Shown here one piece after another: positions 38,176-48,445 of a DNA stretch of 64,000 bases. The position numbers and the translations under genes were made by a program. Below the pieces are notes generated by a model. That model saw only the letters and a program-made list of their open reading frames with translations, made no database searches and was not told the DNA's origin. Origin of the DNA: Chloroflexota bacterium (lineage in GTDB: Bacteria; Chloroflexota; Chloroflexia; QHBQ01); the NCBI GenBank assembly GCA_043754535.1, contig JAYUUN010000048.1, positions 64,484 through 128,483 of the forward strand, read 5' to 3'. Numbering within the stretch: the first letter of the stretch is position 1; each line of letters opens with the position of its first letter.

Positions 38176-38910
38176 CTAGCTGCCCTCCTCGGCTTCGATC
38201 TCGGCCACTAGCTTGCGGTCAGTGGGCGACAGGTCGGCCCGCGCCAGCAGGTCGGGGCGCAGGGTGCGAGTACGGCGCAACGACTCCTTGCGCCGCCACT
38301 TCTCGACCTCGGCATGGTGGCCGCTAAGTAGCACCGGTGGCACGGCCACCCCGCGAAACTCTGGCGGGCGGGTGTAGTGAGGGTATTCTAGCAAGCCAGC
38401 CGCGTGCGACTCCTCGTGTGGTGAGGCACTGGCAAGTACGCCGGGGATTAGTCGCGCTACTGCGTCTACGATCACCATTGCGGGCAGTTCACCGCCGGTC
38501 AGCACGTAGTCGCCAATGCTGATCTGGTCGCTGAACAGGGGCATGGCGCGCTCATCCAAGCCCTCATAATGTCCGCAGACCAGGATCACGCGGGGGTAGG
38601 CCGCCAGCTCCGCCGCCACCGCCTGGCTGAAGCCGCGACCCTGGGGCGACATCAGGATGGTCGGCACACCCACTTCGTCGTCCACGGCCTCTACAGCGCG
38701 GCTCAGCACATCCACCTTCAGCACCATGCCAGCCCCTCCGCCGTAAGGGTAGTCGTCCACCACCTTGTGCCGCCCCTCCGCCCAGTCGCGGATGTTGTGC
38801 AGGCGCAGGTCAAGCAGGCCAGCCTGCACTGCCCGCTTGACGATGCTCTCGCCGAACGGCCCAGCGAACATGGCGGGAAAGAGGGTGAGGATGTCGAAGC
38901 GGATGCTCAT
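38176..38910 (-). CDS. trmD: tRNA (guanine37-N1)-methyltransferase
   Basis: [13 protein letters not shown]-type N-terminus, [31 protein letters not shown] and LEYPHYTRP. Confidence 0.95.
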   Translation of the reverse strand: MSIRFDILTLFPAMFAGPFGESIVKRAVQAGLLDLRLHNIRDWAEGRHKVVDDYPYGGGAGMVLKVDVLSRAVEAVDDEVGVPTILMSPQGRGFSQAVAAELAAYPRVILVCGHYEGLDERAMPLFSDQISIGDYVLTGGELPAMVIVDAVARLIPGVLASASPHEESHAAGLLEYPHYTRPPEFRGVAVPPVLLSGHHAEVEKWRRKESLRRTRTLRPDLLARADLSPTDRKLVAEIEAEEGS

Positions 38911-38951
38911 AGCTGACTTTCTGCTGCTCGCCCAAAAGAGCGGCTGGCGGT

Positions 38952-39395
38952 TCAGAGCCGCGAAGTGAGGTAGACTGCGACGGCAATGCCGAGGATCGCC
39001 CCAGCGAACACCTGGGTTGGCGTGTGGCCGACCAGTTCGCGCAGGCGTTGGCTGTCAGGTGGGCGGCCCCGGCCCATGTCGTCAAGTATCTGGTTGAGGA
39101 TCACCGCCTGCTTGCTGACAGCCAGGCGCACCCCCGCAGCGTCGTACATGACGATGCTGGCGAGAACGACCCCAGCGGCGAACTCCGGCGAACCCAGCCC
39201 CTTATCGTAGCCCAGGCTAGTTGCCAGGCCGCAGACATAGGCGGCGTGCGAACTGGGCCAGCCACCAGAGCTTACCATATAGCGCAAGTCCAGCCGTCGG
39301 TTCCGCAACAGGTTGACGATCATCTTGATCACCTGGGCGGCCAGCCAACAAACGCCGGGGATGGTGAGGGTATGGTTGTTGAGGATTTCGTTCAA
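38952..39395 (-). CDS. divergent PAP2 / DUF212 family membrane protein
   Basis: [17 protein letters not shown] and [15 protein letters not shown] motifs. Confidence 0.75.
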   Translation of the reverse strand: MNEILNNHTLTIPGVCWLAAQVIKMIVNLLRNRRLDLRYMVSSGGWPSSHAAYVCGLATSLGYDKGLGSPEFAAGVVLASIVMYDAAGVRLAVSKQAVILNQILDDMGRGRPPDSQRLRELVGHTPTQVFAGAILGIAVAVYLTSRL

Positions 39396-39398
39396 GTG

Positions 39399-39737
39399 CT
39401 AGAAGCCAAGACCTTCATCTTCATCATCTTCGCCAGCAGGGGTAGAGCGGCCAGCGACAGTCAGCGGGTGTCGGTCGCCAGCCAGCAGATCGACCTGGTA
39501 GAGGGCCGCCGACTCGCGCACGCTCGTGCCTCTGGCATCCAGCACAGAGACCTGCAACTCCGCCGCCTCCAACAACTGCTGACAGCGGTCGCCCAACGCC
39601 TGGATCAGCTTGTAGACCGCAAGTGCGTCCTTCAAGCGTACCTCGCTGCGCTCAAGGCGATCTACCAGGGTCTCCATCATCGCCAGTGCGTCCTCAAAAT
39701 CAAGCTGCTCAATATCCTGGGGGCTAGGGTTGGTCAT
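39399..39737 (-). CDS. xseB: exodeoxyribonuclease VII small subunit (long form with an acidic tail)
   Basis: FEDALAMMETLVDRLERSEVRLKDALAVYK; it lies immediately downstream of xseA. Confidence 0.85.
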   Translation of the reverse strand: MTNPSPQDIEQLDFEDALAMMETLVDRLERSEVRLKDALAVYKLIQALGDRCQQLLEAAELQVSVLDARGTSVRESAALYQVDLLAGDRHPLTVAGRSTPAGEDDEDEGLGF

Positions 39738-39746
39738 CTTTTTTCC

Positions 39747-40949
39747 TCATTCTTTGCGCTTCGCCAGCCGCCGGGCAATAAAGCTGCTGCCGCCAAGCTC
39801 TATCTCAATCATACTGTAGGGAGCAACCTGATCGGCGGTCGTGACGATCTCACCGCTTTGCTGGTTGCGAATGATGGCGTAGCCGCGTGCCAGCACCGCC
39901 GTCGGGTCTAGAGCCTTCGCCCGCGCCCGCAGGGTAAGCAGCCGCAGCTTGCCGAGATTGGTCGCTCCCTGGAGGCGGTTGGCCGCCCGCGTTGTGTCCT
40001 GATCCAAGCGCAAGGTGCCATTGATAATCAGCTTGCGTGGAGAGAGCCGCTGGCCGCGCAACTGGCTGAGCAGCAGGCGACGCTTGCTCGTCTCATAAGC
40101 ATCCAGCAAGTAGCTAGCCGCGACCGCCCGTAGCTCCTGCACGTGTGCTGCGATGTCGCGGAAGTCAGGGCTGACCAACTCCGCCGCCGCCGAGGGGGTG
40201 GGGGCGCGCAGGTCGGCCACGTAGTCAATGATCGTGCTGTCGGTCTCATGACCTACGCCGCTGACCACTGGCAGGCGGCTGGCGAACACGGCGCGGGCCA
40301 CCCGCTCATCGTTGAAAGCAGCCAAGTCCTCAGCAGAGCCACCGCCGCGAGCAACAATGATTACTTCTACCCCCGGCTGGCGATTCAGTTCGGCAAGGGC
40401 AGCGACGATAGCGGCGGGCGCACCCTCCCCTTGCACGATGGTAGGGCTGAGAATCACGCGGGCGAGGGGGTAGCGGCGGCCCAGGACATTGAGGATGTCC
40501 TGGTAAGCGGCGGCCTGGGCCGAGGTAACGATGCCGATCACGCGAGGCTGCGGCGGTAGCGGTCGCTTGCGCTCTAGCGCGAACAACCCTTCCGCCTCCA
40601 GCTGCGCCTTCAACTCGTCAAAGGCGAGAGCCAGGCGGCCTACCCCCTCCTCCTGCACCTCATCGGCCACGATCTGCAAGCGGCCCGTCTCGGCGTAGAC
40701 GCTGACCTCTCCATGCACCACCACCGACAGGCCGTTGCGGAGGCGGCTGGTCTGCCAGAGGGCGTGCTGACGAAAGAGGACGGCACTAAGCTGCCCCTCC
40801 TCGTCTTTGAGCGAAAAGTAGATGTGGCCTTTGGCCGACTGGCTGTAGTTGCTGACTTCACCCGCGATCCAAATGTCGTTCAGTTCTTCAACATTACTGA
40901 TCAGCAGTTTGAGGAAGCTGCACACCTCGCCGACGCGGAAAATCTGCAT
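39747..40949 (-). CDS. xseA: exodeoxyribonuclease VII large subunit
   Basis: OB-fold N-terminus (VWIAGEVSNY...GHIYFSLKDE), IGIVTS, RGGGSAEDL and GVGHETD motifs. Confidence 0.93.
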   Translation of the reverse strand: MQIFRVGEVCSFLKLLISNVEELNDIWIAGEVSNYSQSAKGHIYFSLKDEEGQLSAVLFRQHALWQTSRLRNGLSVVVHGEVSVYAETGRLQIVADEVQEEGVGRLALAFDELKAQLEAEGLFALERKRPLPPQPRVIGIVTSAQAAAYQDILNVLGRRYPLARVILSPTIVQGEGAPAAIVAALAELNRQPGVEVIIVARGGGSAEDLAAFNDERVARAVFASRLPVVSGVGHETDSTIIDYVADLRAPTPSAAAELVSPDFRDIAAHVQELRAVAASYLLDAYETSKRRLLLSQLRGQRLSPRKLIINGTLRLDQDTTRAANRLQGATNLGKLRLLTLRARAKALDPTAVLARGYAIIRNQQSGEIVTTADQVAPYSMIEIELGGSSFIARRLAKRKE

Positions 40950-40960
40950 GATGGGTTTCT

Positions 40961-41515
40961 CTAGGCTGCATCCTGACCGGAGTCGGGGTCGATCAGCATG
41001 AGGGTCTGGCCGTACTCCACTGGCTTGCCGTTCTCGGCTACGAGCCGCACGACGCGCCCGCTGATCTCGGCCTCAATTTCGTTCATCATCTTCATCGCCT
41101 CGATCAGGCCAATCGTCTGACCCTTCTCCACCAGCGCACCCTCAGTGATGTAGGGCTTCTCAGTAGGCGAAGAAGAATGGTAGAAGGTACCAACCATCGG
41201 GGCGATCAGCGGGCGCAGGTGACTAACCTCTGCTGGGGCGGGGCTGGCGGCTGGCGCAGGGCTGGGTTGGGCGAGTGGAGCATATTGTGGCTGGGCGTAC
41301 TGTGGCTGGGCGTACTGTGGTTGGACGTACTGTGGCTGAGCGTACTGAGGGCTGGTGGCCCGCTTGATCACCAGGCGGGTGTCACCCTTCGCAAGTTCCA
41401 GTTCGGTTACGTCGGTTTTGGTGATCAGGTCGATCAGGGCGCGGGCCTCCGCAGTGAGGGCGGCAAAATCGCCCTCAATCTGCGGCAAGGTGCTTTGTTC
41501 ATCATGATCAGGCAA
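40961..41515 (-). CDS. accB: acetyl-CoA carboxylase biotin carboxyl carrier protein
   Basis: Biotinyl-lysine motif EAMKMMNEIEA with a Pro/Ala/Gln linker. Confidence 0.9.
   Translation of the reverse strand: MPDHDEQSTLPQIEGDFAALTAEARALIDLITKTDVTELELAKGDTRLVIKRATSPQYAQPQYVQPQYAQPQYAQPQYAPLAQPSPAPAASPAPAEVSHLRPLIAPMVGTFYHSSSPTEKPYITEGALVEKGQTIGLIEAMKMMNEIEAEISGRVVRLVAENGKPVEYGQTLMLIDPDSGQDAA
41284..41348 (-). repeat. 15-bp tandem repeat (about 4.3 units) encoding (Q)PQY(A/V) in the AccB linker
   Basis: gtactgtggctgggc-like units are repeated on the + strand. Translation gives QPQYVQPQYAQPQYAQPQYA. Confidence 0.85.
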
Positions 41516-41536
41516 GGAGGCTGCCCCCTTCCCCCG

Positions 41537-42094
41537 CTAGACGCGGGTAAGGTACTCGCCGGTGCGGGTGTCAATCTTCAGAGTATCGCCTTCGTTGACG
41601 AATAGCGGCACGTTGACCGTGAGGCCGGTCTCCAACGTGGCGGGCTTGCGACCGCCAGTAGCAGTGTCGCCCTTCAGCCCAGGGTCAGTCTGGCTAACGC
41701 GCAGGTTGACTGAGGTGGGCAGTTCCACATCAATCGGCTCCTCGCCATAGAACAGGACATCCACGCTGTCGTTCTCGCGAATGTAGTTCACCGCATCGCC
41801 CAGGTTGGCCTCGCTGAGGGGGAACTGATCATACGTTTCGGTGTTCATGAAGATGCGGCTGTCACTGTCCTCATAGAGGTACTGGGCAGTGACGCGCTCC
41901 AGGCGTACGTCCTCAAAGCGTTCGCCCGCCATGAAGGTGCGCTCGGTGTTCGAGCCGGTTCGTAGGTTGCGGAACTGGATGCGGATCACCGCGCTGCCAC
42001 GCCCCTGCTTGTTGTGCTGGTAGTCAAGGATTTTCTGCAACTCGCCGTCGAGGACGATAGTCAGACCCTTACGCAGATCGCCAGTAGTGATCAT
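41537..42094 (-). CDS. efp: elongation factor P
   Basis: MITTGDLRKGL... start and KPATLETGLTVNVPLFVNEGDTLKIDTRTGEYLTR C-terminus. Confidence 0.95.
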   Translation of the reverse strand: MITTGDLRKGLTIVLDGELQKILDYQHNKQGRGSAVIRIQFRNLRTGSNTERTFMAGERFEDVRLERVTAQYLYEDSDSRIFMNTETYDQFPLSEANLGDAVNYIRENDSVDVLFYGEEPIDVELPTSVNLRVSQTDPGLKGDTATGGRKPATLETGLTVNVPLFVNEGDTLKIDTRTGEYLTRV

Positions 42095-42131
42095 AAGTAG
42101 AAACAATCTCCTTTGCTTGTAGAACCCGGTT

Positions 42132-43328
42132 TTAGAGGGGGATGAGGCTCTGGCGGCTTGCCAGGGTCAGTACTTCGCAGTCCTTGTCACGCACGAGTAC
42201 GAGATCTTCGATCCTCACGCCGCCCCAGTCGGGCAGGTAGATGCCTGGTTCGATGCTGTTGATTACCCCAGGGGCAAGGATGTCCTGCGACCGACGGCGC
42301 ACCGACGGTGGCTCATGAACCTCCAGCCCGGTGCCATGACCGAGGCCATGACCAAAGAAGTCGCCGTAACCTTGCTGGGTGATGTAGTCGCGGGCGATAG
42401 CATCCACCGCTTCGCCAGTCATCCCAGCGTGGCAACCCGCTTCGGCCAGCCGTTGGGCCTCAGCGACGATCTGGTGGATGGTGGCAAACTTCTCGCTCAC
42501 CTCACCCAGGCAGATAGTACGGGTCATGTCGGAGCAGTAGCCTGCATAGAGTGCGCCCATATCGATCACCAGCGGTTCGCCCGTCTGCACCTCGCGCTCA
42601 GAGGGGATGGCGTGCGGCTGTGCGCCGTTCGGCCCAGCCGCAACGATAGTTTGGAAGCTCGGCCCGTCAGCCCCGAAGTCGCGCATTGCCTTCTCGATCT
42701 CCCAGGCGATCTGCCGCTCAGTCATGCCAGGGCGGATGGTGGGGGCTACCCGATCAAAGGCGGCATCGGAGAGGGCGATCACTCGCCGCATCAGTTGCAG
42801 TTCAGCCGCATCTTTGCAGTAGCGTTGAGCCTCGACCACGCCCTGGGTTGCCACCAGTTCAGTGCCAGGCAGCAGCTCGCCAAGCTGGGCGTAGTAGAGG
42901 TGCAGCAGGTGCGCACTCTCGAAGCCTAGCCGCTTGACCGCCGGCAGCCCAGCCAGCAACTCGACTAGGCCATCGCTCATTCGCTTGTCAGTCCGCAGCT
43001 TGATCTGCCACGCGCCGCTCAACTCGTGGCGGGCCTCCTCTAGATAGCGGAAGTCGGTGAGCAGAGTGGGGGTGCTGTCCTCGTTCGCATGGATCAACAG
43101 CCAACCAGCGGTGTCCAGCGGCGGCAGGTCAAAGCCAAGGTAGCCACTCAAGTAGCGGCGGTTCTGCGGGTGGGAGACAATCAATGCATCAAGCTGCGCC
43201 GTCCTTAGCTGGTCACGCAGGGCAGCCAGGCGGCGAGTCAACACCTCGTCGGTGTAGGCGAGCGGCAAGGCCACGCTAAAGTCGCGGGCATCGGCGATCA
43301 ACTCAAGCGGCTGGTAAGTACTAGTCAA
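42132..43328 (-). CDS. pepP: M24-family Xaa-Pro aminopeptidase
   Basis: Creatinase-like N-domain. Metal ligands occur in DMGALYAGYCSDMTRT, HGLGHGTGLEVHE and IEPGIY...GVRIED. I chose the TTG at 43328 with GAGGAG 9 nt upstream. Confidence 0.85.
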   Translation of the reverse strand: MTSTYQPLELIADARDFSVALPLAYTDEVLTRRLAALRDQLRTAQLDALIVSHPQNRRYLSGYLGFDLPPLDTAGWLLIHANEDSTPTLLTDFRYLEEARHELSGAWQIKLRTDKRMSDGLVELLAGLPAVKRLGFESAHLLHLYYAQLGELLPGTELVATQGVVEAQRYCKDAAELQLMRRVIALSDAAFDRVAPTIRPGMTERQIAWEIEKAMRDFGADGPSFQTIVAAGPNGAQPHAIPSEREVQTGEPLVIDMGALYAGYCSDMTRTICLGEVSEKFATIHQIVAEAQRLAEAGCHAGMTGEAVDAIARDYITQQGYGDFFGHGLGHGTGLEVHEPPSVRRRSQDILAPGVINSIEPGIYLPDWGGVRIEDLVLVRDKDCEVLTLASRQSLIPL

Positions 43329-43745
43329 CGGGGGTTGCTCCTCGTGAAGTTCGGCAAAACAGCAGGCCAGCACCCTTGCGGGGAGGGCGGACGCGTTCTA
43401 TTCTACCACAAAAGCGCAGGTCAGGGCAAACGGATCGCTGAGCGGCAAGCGTGCCTGGTTGGAGCAAGTAGCTAGCAAACTCGTAAAAGCGGGCAAGCGG
43501 ACAGAAGCTGAGTGGCAACTAGCCCTGCGTCTGTAAACTGCTTTATAGCGAAGCTACTGATGCTGGGGTACAATAGGGGAGTTGCAGGCTTGCCAGGCTC
43601 CCCCTGCCGAACATGGAGCAGCGGAAGTGCGAACCGAACTATGGCAATCTACTGTATAATATCAAGGGCGCAGAGTTGCTGGCCTGTTTATGGACGAAGC
43701 ACAAGTAGTTAGTCTATCTTAACGTAGATGATGGTGGAGTGAACA

Positions 43746-46700
43746 ATGCGTTGTGCGAACTGCAATACTCCTGCCCCACCCGGCCAACGCTTCTGCGGCG
43801 AGTGCGGTAGTCTCCTTGCTGCTTCAGTTGCCGAAAGCAACAGCCCGCTGCCACAGGATGAGCGGCGGCAGGTGACGATCCTCTTTGCCGACATCGCGGG
43901 CTTCACCTCCCTCTCTGAAGCCCTCGACCCAGAGCAGGTGACCTCGATCATCAACGACTGCTTCGCCGCTCTTGCCGAGCCAGTAGCCCTCTATGGTGGC
44001 ACGATTGACAAGTATATTGGCGATGAGATGATGGTGCTATTCGGTGCGCCTACTGCCCACGAGGACGACCCCGCCCGTGCTATCCACTGCGCCCTTGCTA
44101 TGATCGAAAGGATTGCCAGCTTTAATATAGCAAAGGGCGGCATCTTGCCCCGCCCGCTCGCTCTACACGTGGGCATAAACAGTGGGCTGGTGGTGGCTGG
44201 GCAGATGAGCGGGGCGGGGCGGGGCTACACTGTGGTTGGGGATGCGGTGAGCGTGGCCGCTCGGCTAGAGGAGATGTGCGGCTACAACGAGGTGCTAGTC
44301 GGTGAGACTACCCATCAGGCCGCCGCAGCCATCTTCGCCTGGGAACGCACTAGTAGTTTGCAGATGCGCGGCAAGGCTGGCGAGATGAGCGTCTATCGCG
44401 TGCTGGGGCTGCGGGCGGGTGAGCAGGGCCAACGTGACGTGCTGGGGGTTCCACTGGTAGGCCGCGAAGAAGAACTGACCACTCTTGAGCGGCTGGCGCG
44501 GGGGCTAGAGGAGCAAGGCGGTTTCGCAGCGATCTTTGGCGAGGTGGGCATTGGCAAGAGCCGCCTGCTAGCCGAACTGCACCAGCGGTTGGGCGAGGGT
44601 AGCAATGTGCGTTGGGTGGCTGTAGCAGGCCAGCAGGTTGGGCAACAGTTCGACTACCAGCCCTGGCGCGAGGCGATCCAGGCAATTTGCCGCCTGGAAC
44701 TGGGCAATGTCACCTGGGCGCAACTGCACCTGCGGAACCTGCTAGAAGACCTGGCGGTGGCCGAGTTGGAGGAGACTTATGCTGGATTGGCCCGCTTGCT
44801 CGGCATCAGTGGGGAGGGCAGCCACGGCGAGGAGGTGCTAACCCTCACCCGCAGTGTAGAGCGTCTGCTGCGGGCAATGGCAGCTCGCCAACCGATCATC
44901 CTCGTCCTCGACGATCTGCACCAGGCCGACTCTGCATCGCTCGAACTGCTCAAGGCCGTTGCCGCTGCACCAGAGATCAGCGGGCTGCTGCTGATCGGCA
45001 GTTGCCGCTCAGATGGGGGCGCGGGGGAGCAGGCGTTGCGCCGGGCGGTAGCTGCCGCCGAAGGCACCTACCGGGCGCGCAGTCTCGTGTCCCGCTTGCC
45101 CGCCCTGAGCAACGCTGAAAGTGTCCGCCTGATCACCGCCCTCTTTGAGGTAGAAGGCCTGCCAGAAACGGTGCAGCAGTTGCTTGTAGAGCGTGCAGGT
45201 GGCAACCCCCTCTATATCGAAGAAGTGATCCGCAGCCTGATCGATGGCGGCCAGATTCACCAGCTAGTCTACCGCGAGGGGCTAGTTTTCCGCCCACATA
45301 CAGAGCAGTTGACAGAGGTGTTGGCGGTGCCGCTTTCGCTAGAGGGGGTAATTAGCGCACGGATCGACCGCCTGCCTGCTTCTGCTCGCCAGGTTTTGCA
45401 GGTGGCCGCCGTGCTGGGCCGCCGCTGTGAAGTGCCAGTGCTGGCCTACCTGTTGCAGCGCGAGGGACAGGCAGTAGACTTGCTGCCGCTGTTGCAAGAG
45501 TTGCAGCAACGCGAACTGCTGACCCTCAGCCGTGGCAGCCTTACCTTCCGCCACGTGCTGACCCAGGAGGTGGCCTACAACCGCCTGCTGCTCAATACCC
45601 GCAGGCTATACCACCAGACCGCTGCCAACTACTATGCTGCCTTGTCGCTCCCGATGCCGCTACGCGCCCGTGCTGACCTCGGCAGCCTGTTCGCTACCTT
45701 CTACCACCTGACCCAGGCACAGGAGTACACGGCAGCCTACGCCCTGACCAACCTCCCCCTGCTACTGGGCGACCAGCCACTGACCCTTGACACGCTGCTA
45801 GATCGCTGGGGCGAGAACGCCAGCCGCCGCACCTTCTACCGCCAACTCGCTCCCCACCTGAGTGGCGCGGAGCAGATCGAGGTGCTGACCCGACTGGGGC
45901 GGGCTAGCTACTACCTGGGCGAACTCCGCGAGTCGGGCGTAGCCTACGAGGAGGGGCGCAGGCTGGCGGCGGAGCAGGGCGATCTTGCCCGTCAGTCCTT
46001 CTTCGTCGGCTTGCTGGGCAATACCTATCAGGCGATGGGCGACTACCAGGCCGCCCTCGACTGCTACGACCAGGCACTGCCAGTGGCGGTGCTACAAGGC
46101 GACCGGGGGTTGGAGGGCCGCTGGTTGAACAACATCGGCGTGATCTACATAAACAGCGGGCAGAAGGAGCGAGCTGAGCCATACTTCCAGCAAGCCCTAG
46201 CTATCGCCCGTGAGATCGGTGACCGCCGTGCTGAGGGGATGAGCCTGGGCAACCTGAGCATCGTTTACAAAGGCAGCGACAACGAGCAGGCGATTGCTGC
46301 TGCTCTTGCTGCCCTGACGATCACGCGTGAGCTGGGCGACCGCCGCGCCGAAGCGATCTGGCTGGGCAACCTGGGCAACTGCTACGATGAGGTTGGTGAC
46401 AGGACGCTGCAAGCTCAGTACCTTGAACAGGCGGTCAGCCTGGCCCGCGAAGTCGGTGATCAGCAGACGGAGAGCCGCTTCCTAGCTAACCTGGGCTTGA
46501 TGTACTGCCATCTGGGACGCAACAGCGAAGCGCATGACCATCTGAACCAGAGTCTGATCATCGCCCTGCGGATCGCGGATCGCTCTTGCGAAGCGACGGC
46601 TCGCGGCTACCTGGGTCTCACCGCCCAGACCGAGGGTGATCTTGTCCAAGCCGAAGACTACCTGCGGCAAGGGGCTGCCATAGCAACCCGAAACGGCGAT

Positions 46701-47093
46701 CACTATTATTCGGCGCGCTTCATGGTCGAGCTAGCTGGGGTGTTGCTCACAATGGGGCGCGTGGCGGAGGCGCAGGTTGGGCTGCAACAGATAGCAGATG
46801 ACGATCAGCAGAACAAGGAGTCGCTGACCAGCCTGGTGCAAAGTCTCCAGGCTCGCATCGCTGCGAGAGGGGGCAAAGTGGTGGCGGCTCGCGAGTGGAT
46901 AGAGGCAGCAAAGAACGGACAGGGCGGCTTGCGCGAGGAGCAGGCAATGGTCAGCTACAATCTTGCCTGCGCGCAAGCCAGGCTTGGCGACTGCACGGCG
47001 GCAATGGCGATGCTGAACCAGGCAATAGAGATACTGCCGCGCTACCAGGCGATCAGCAAGGTTGAGGAGGATTTGGCGGGCTGTCTGCCCTGA
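43746..47093 (+). CDS. zinc-ribbon / class III nucleotidyl cyclase / AAA (STAND-like) ATPase / TPR multidomain signalling protein
   Basis: CANC...CGEC ribbon. Cyclase motifs ILFADIAGFTSLSE, YGGTIDKYIGDEMMVLFGAP and VVGDAVSVAARLE. P-loop GEVGIGKSRLL, Walker B ILVLDDLHQAD, and C-terminal TPR units. Confidence 0.85.
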   Translation: MRCANCNTPAPPGQRFCGECGSLLAASVAESNSPLPQDERRQVTILFADIAGFTSLSEALDPEQVTSIINDCFAALAEPVALYGGTIDKYIGDEMMVLFGAPTAHEDDPARAIHCALAMIERIASFNIAKGGILPRPLALHVGINSGLVVAGQMSGAGRGYTVVGDAVSVAARLEEMCGYNEVLVGETTHQAAAAIFAWERTSSLQMRGKAGEMSVYRVLGLRAGEQGQRDVLGVPLVGREEELTTLERLARGLEEQGGFAAIFGEVGIGKSRLLAELHQRLGEGSNVRWVAVAGQQVGQQFDYQPWREAIQAICRLELGNVTWAQLHLRNLLEDLAVAELEETYAGLARLLGISGEGSHGEEVLTLTRSVERLLRAMAARQPIILVLDDLHQADSASLELLKAVAAAPEISGLLLIGSCRSDGGAGEQALRRAVAAAEGTYRARSLVSRLPALSNAESVRLITALFEVEGLPETVQQLLVERAGGNPLYIEEVIRSLIDGGQIHQLVYREGLVFRPHTEQLTEVLAVPLSLEGVISARIDRLPASARQVLQVAAVLGRRCEVPVLAYLLQREGQAVDLLPLLQELQQRELLTLSRGSLTFRHVLTQEVAYNRLLLNTRRLYHQTAANYYAALSLPMPLRARADLGSLFATFYHLTQAQEYTAAYALTNLPLLLGDQPLTLDTLLDRWGENASRRTFYRQLAPHLSGAEQIEVLTRLGRASYYLGELRESGVAYEEGRRLAAEQGDLARQSFFVGLLGNTYQAMGDYQAALDCYDQALPVAVLQGDRGLEGRWLNNIGVIYINSGQKERAEPYFQQALAIAREIGDRRAEGMSLGNLSIVYKGSDNEQAIAAALAALTITRELGDRRAEAIWLGNLGNCYDEVGDRTLQAQYLEQAVSLAREVGDQQTESRFLANLGLMYCHLGRNSEAHDHLNQSLIIALRIADRSCEATARGYLGLTAQTEGDLVQAEDYLRQGAAIATRNGDHYYSARFMVELAGVLLTMGRVAEAQVGLQQIADDDQQNKESLTSLVQSLQARIAARGGKVVAAREWIEAAKNGQGGLREEQAMVSYNLACAQARLGDCTAAMAMLNQAIEILPRYQAISKVEEDLAGCLP

Positions 47094-47097
47094 CCGC

Positions 47098-47805
47098 TCA
47101 ATCCCGCTCGAAGCGGCGCACGCCTGTTGGCCCAGCCACAATCGCTAGAGCGGCCACGCCGACGAACAGACCGTGTTCGACCACACCAGTCATTAGCTTG
47201 ATCTGCTGGGCTAGCTTGAGCGGGTCGGGGATCGCGCTGAAGCGGCAGTCTAGCACGTAATTGCCGCCGTCGGTGATGTATGGCTGAGCGGTCGCCAACT
47301 GGCCTGGGGCGGCAGGTCGCAGCACAGGTTCGCAGCCCAGCGCACGTAGCAGGCCTGCTACATACTGCCAGCCGAAGGGGATCACTTCGACAGGCAGCGG
47401 CAGGTGGGTGCCGAGGGCGGCCACCAACTTGCCCTCATCCGCAATGATCACTTCGCGGTCAGTAGAGGCGGCCACTAGCTTCTCGCGCAGCAACGCCCCA
47501 CCACGGCCCTTAACCAGGGTGAGGCTAGGCAGCAGGATTTCGTCGGCTCCATCAATGGTGATGTCCAGGTGTGGCTGCTCGACCAGGCTGGCAAGAGGGA
47601 TGCCGAGGTCGCGGGCGAGGGTGGCAGTACGTTCGCTGGTTGGCACGCCAACCACACGCAGGCCCGCCCGCACTCTAGCAGCCAACGGCGCAAGCAGCAA
47701 CTCTGCTGTGCTGCCGCTACCCAGGCCGACGGCCATACCATCGGTGATCAACTCTAGGGCAGCGTCTGCCGCCGCTTGCTTTAGCCTGTTAGCCTCTCCA
47801 CTCAA
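47098..47805 (-). CDS. rpiA: ribose-5-phosphate isomerase A
   Basis: GLGSGST, IDGADE and KGRGGALLREK motifs. The TTG start has GAGGAGG 7 nt upstream and overlaps the upstream stop. Confidence 0.9.
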   Translation of the reverse strand: MSGEANRLKQAAADAALELITDGMAVGLGSGSTAELLLAPLAARVRAGLRVVGVPTSERTATLARDLGIPLASLVEQPHLDITIDGADEILLPSLTLVKGRGGALLREKLVAASTDREVIIADEGKLVAALGTHLPLPVEVIPFGWQYVAGLLRALGCEPVLRPAAPGQLATAQPYITDGGNYVLDCRFSAIPDPLKLAQQIKLMTGVVEHGLFVGVAALAIVAGPTGVRRFERD

Positions 47806-48329
47806 CTCTGAGCCTCCTCAAGGTTGCCCTTCAACAAAGCCACCTGCTGCTCAATTACTTGCATTGGTGGCAGGTCGTCACGGCCACTGCCGATGTAGAG
47901 CCAGCGGATCACAGCTTGCTGATCGATCAGCAGTGCCGCCGGGTGGGTGGTCTTGGCTCCGCTGCTGCTGAAGATGCGTGCATCCAGGCCGGTACGAAGC
48001 AGACCATAATTAGTGATTACCGTCAGGTCGCTATCGAGCAGGTAGGGGTAGCTGAGGGGTTCGAGGCGGAAGTAGCTGGCTACAATGTCAGCCCGCTGGT
48101 GGGCAATGCCTGCAATCTGTACCCCCTGCCGCTGGAAGCTACGATAATTAGCTTCCAGGGTCTTCATCTGACTGCGGCAGCTAGGACACCAGGTGCCACG
48201 GAAGAAAAAGAGGAGCAGCGAGCCAACCTTGAGCATTTCAGTCAAGTTCTGCACGTTCCCCTTCAGGTCAGTCAGGGTAAAATCCGGGGCGTAGTCACCA
48301 ACACTTAGTCTAGTTTCACTCTGCGGCAT
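47802..48329 (-). CDS. thioredoxin-fold CxxC protein, PRX-like2/AhpC-TSA family, paralog 1
   Basis: FFRGTWCPSCR and IAHQRADIVASYFRLEPLSYPYLLD. The ATG at 48329 (MPQSETRL) has AGGAG 5 nt upstream. Confidence 0.8.
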   Translation of the reverse strand: MPQSETRLSVGDYAPDFTLTDLKGNVQNLTEMLKVGSLLLFFFRGTWCPSCRSQMKTLEANYRSFQRQGVQIAGIAHQRADIVASYFRLEPLSYPYLLDSDLTVITNYGLLRTGLDARIFSSSGAKTTHPAALLIDQQAVIRWLYIGSGRDDLPPMQVIEQQVALLKGNLEEAQS

Positions 48330-48445
48330 GGTTACTCCTGGTTTTGCTAAAGTCAGTCCGTCCAGCCTTTTTGCCAAGATGCTTTGGTGGCCGCTGCTCC
48401 AGGGGCAGCATCCACGGTTGCCTGCTTGAAGGGCTTACTCCAAGC

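Noticed and set aside
43374-43745. Small ORFs (43321-43518 -, 43512-43712 +, 43709-43954 -) in the pepP/cyclase intergenic region.
   Set aside because: They have no SD sequences, overlap one another, and have atypical composition. The region is better explained as divergent promoter DNA containing TACAAT/TATAAT boxes.
48330-48445. The extended N-terminus of PRX-like2 paralog 1 (track start at 48377) and paralog 4 (track start at 50167).
   Set aside because: All four paralogs align from a conserved MPQ start, and an SD precedes the shorter starts. The extensions have no counterpart in the other copies.
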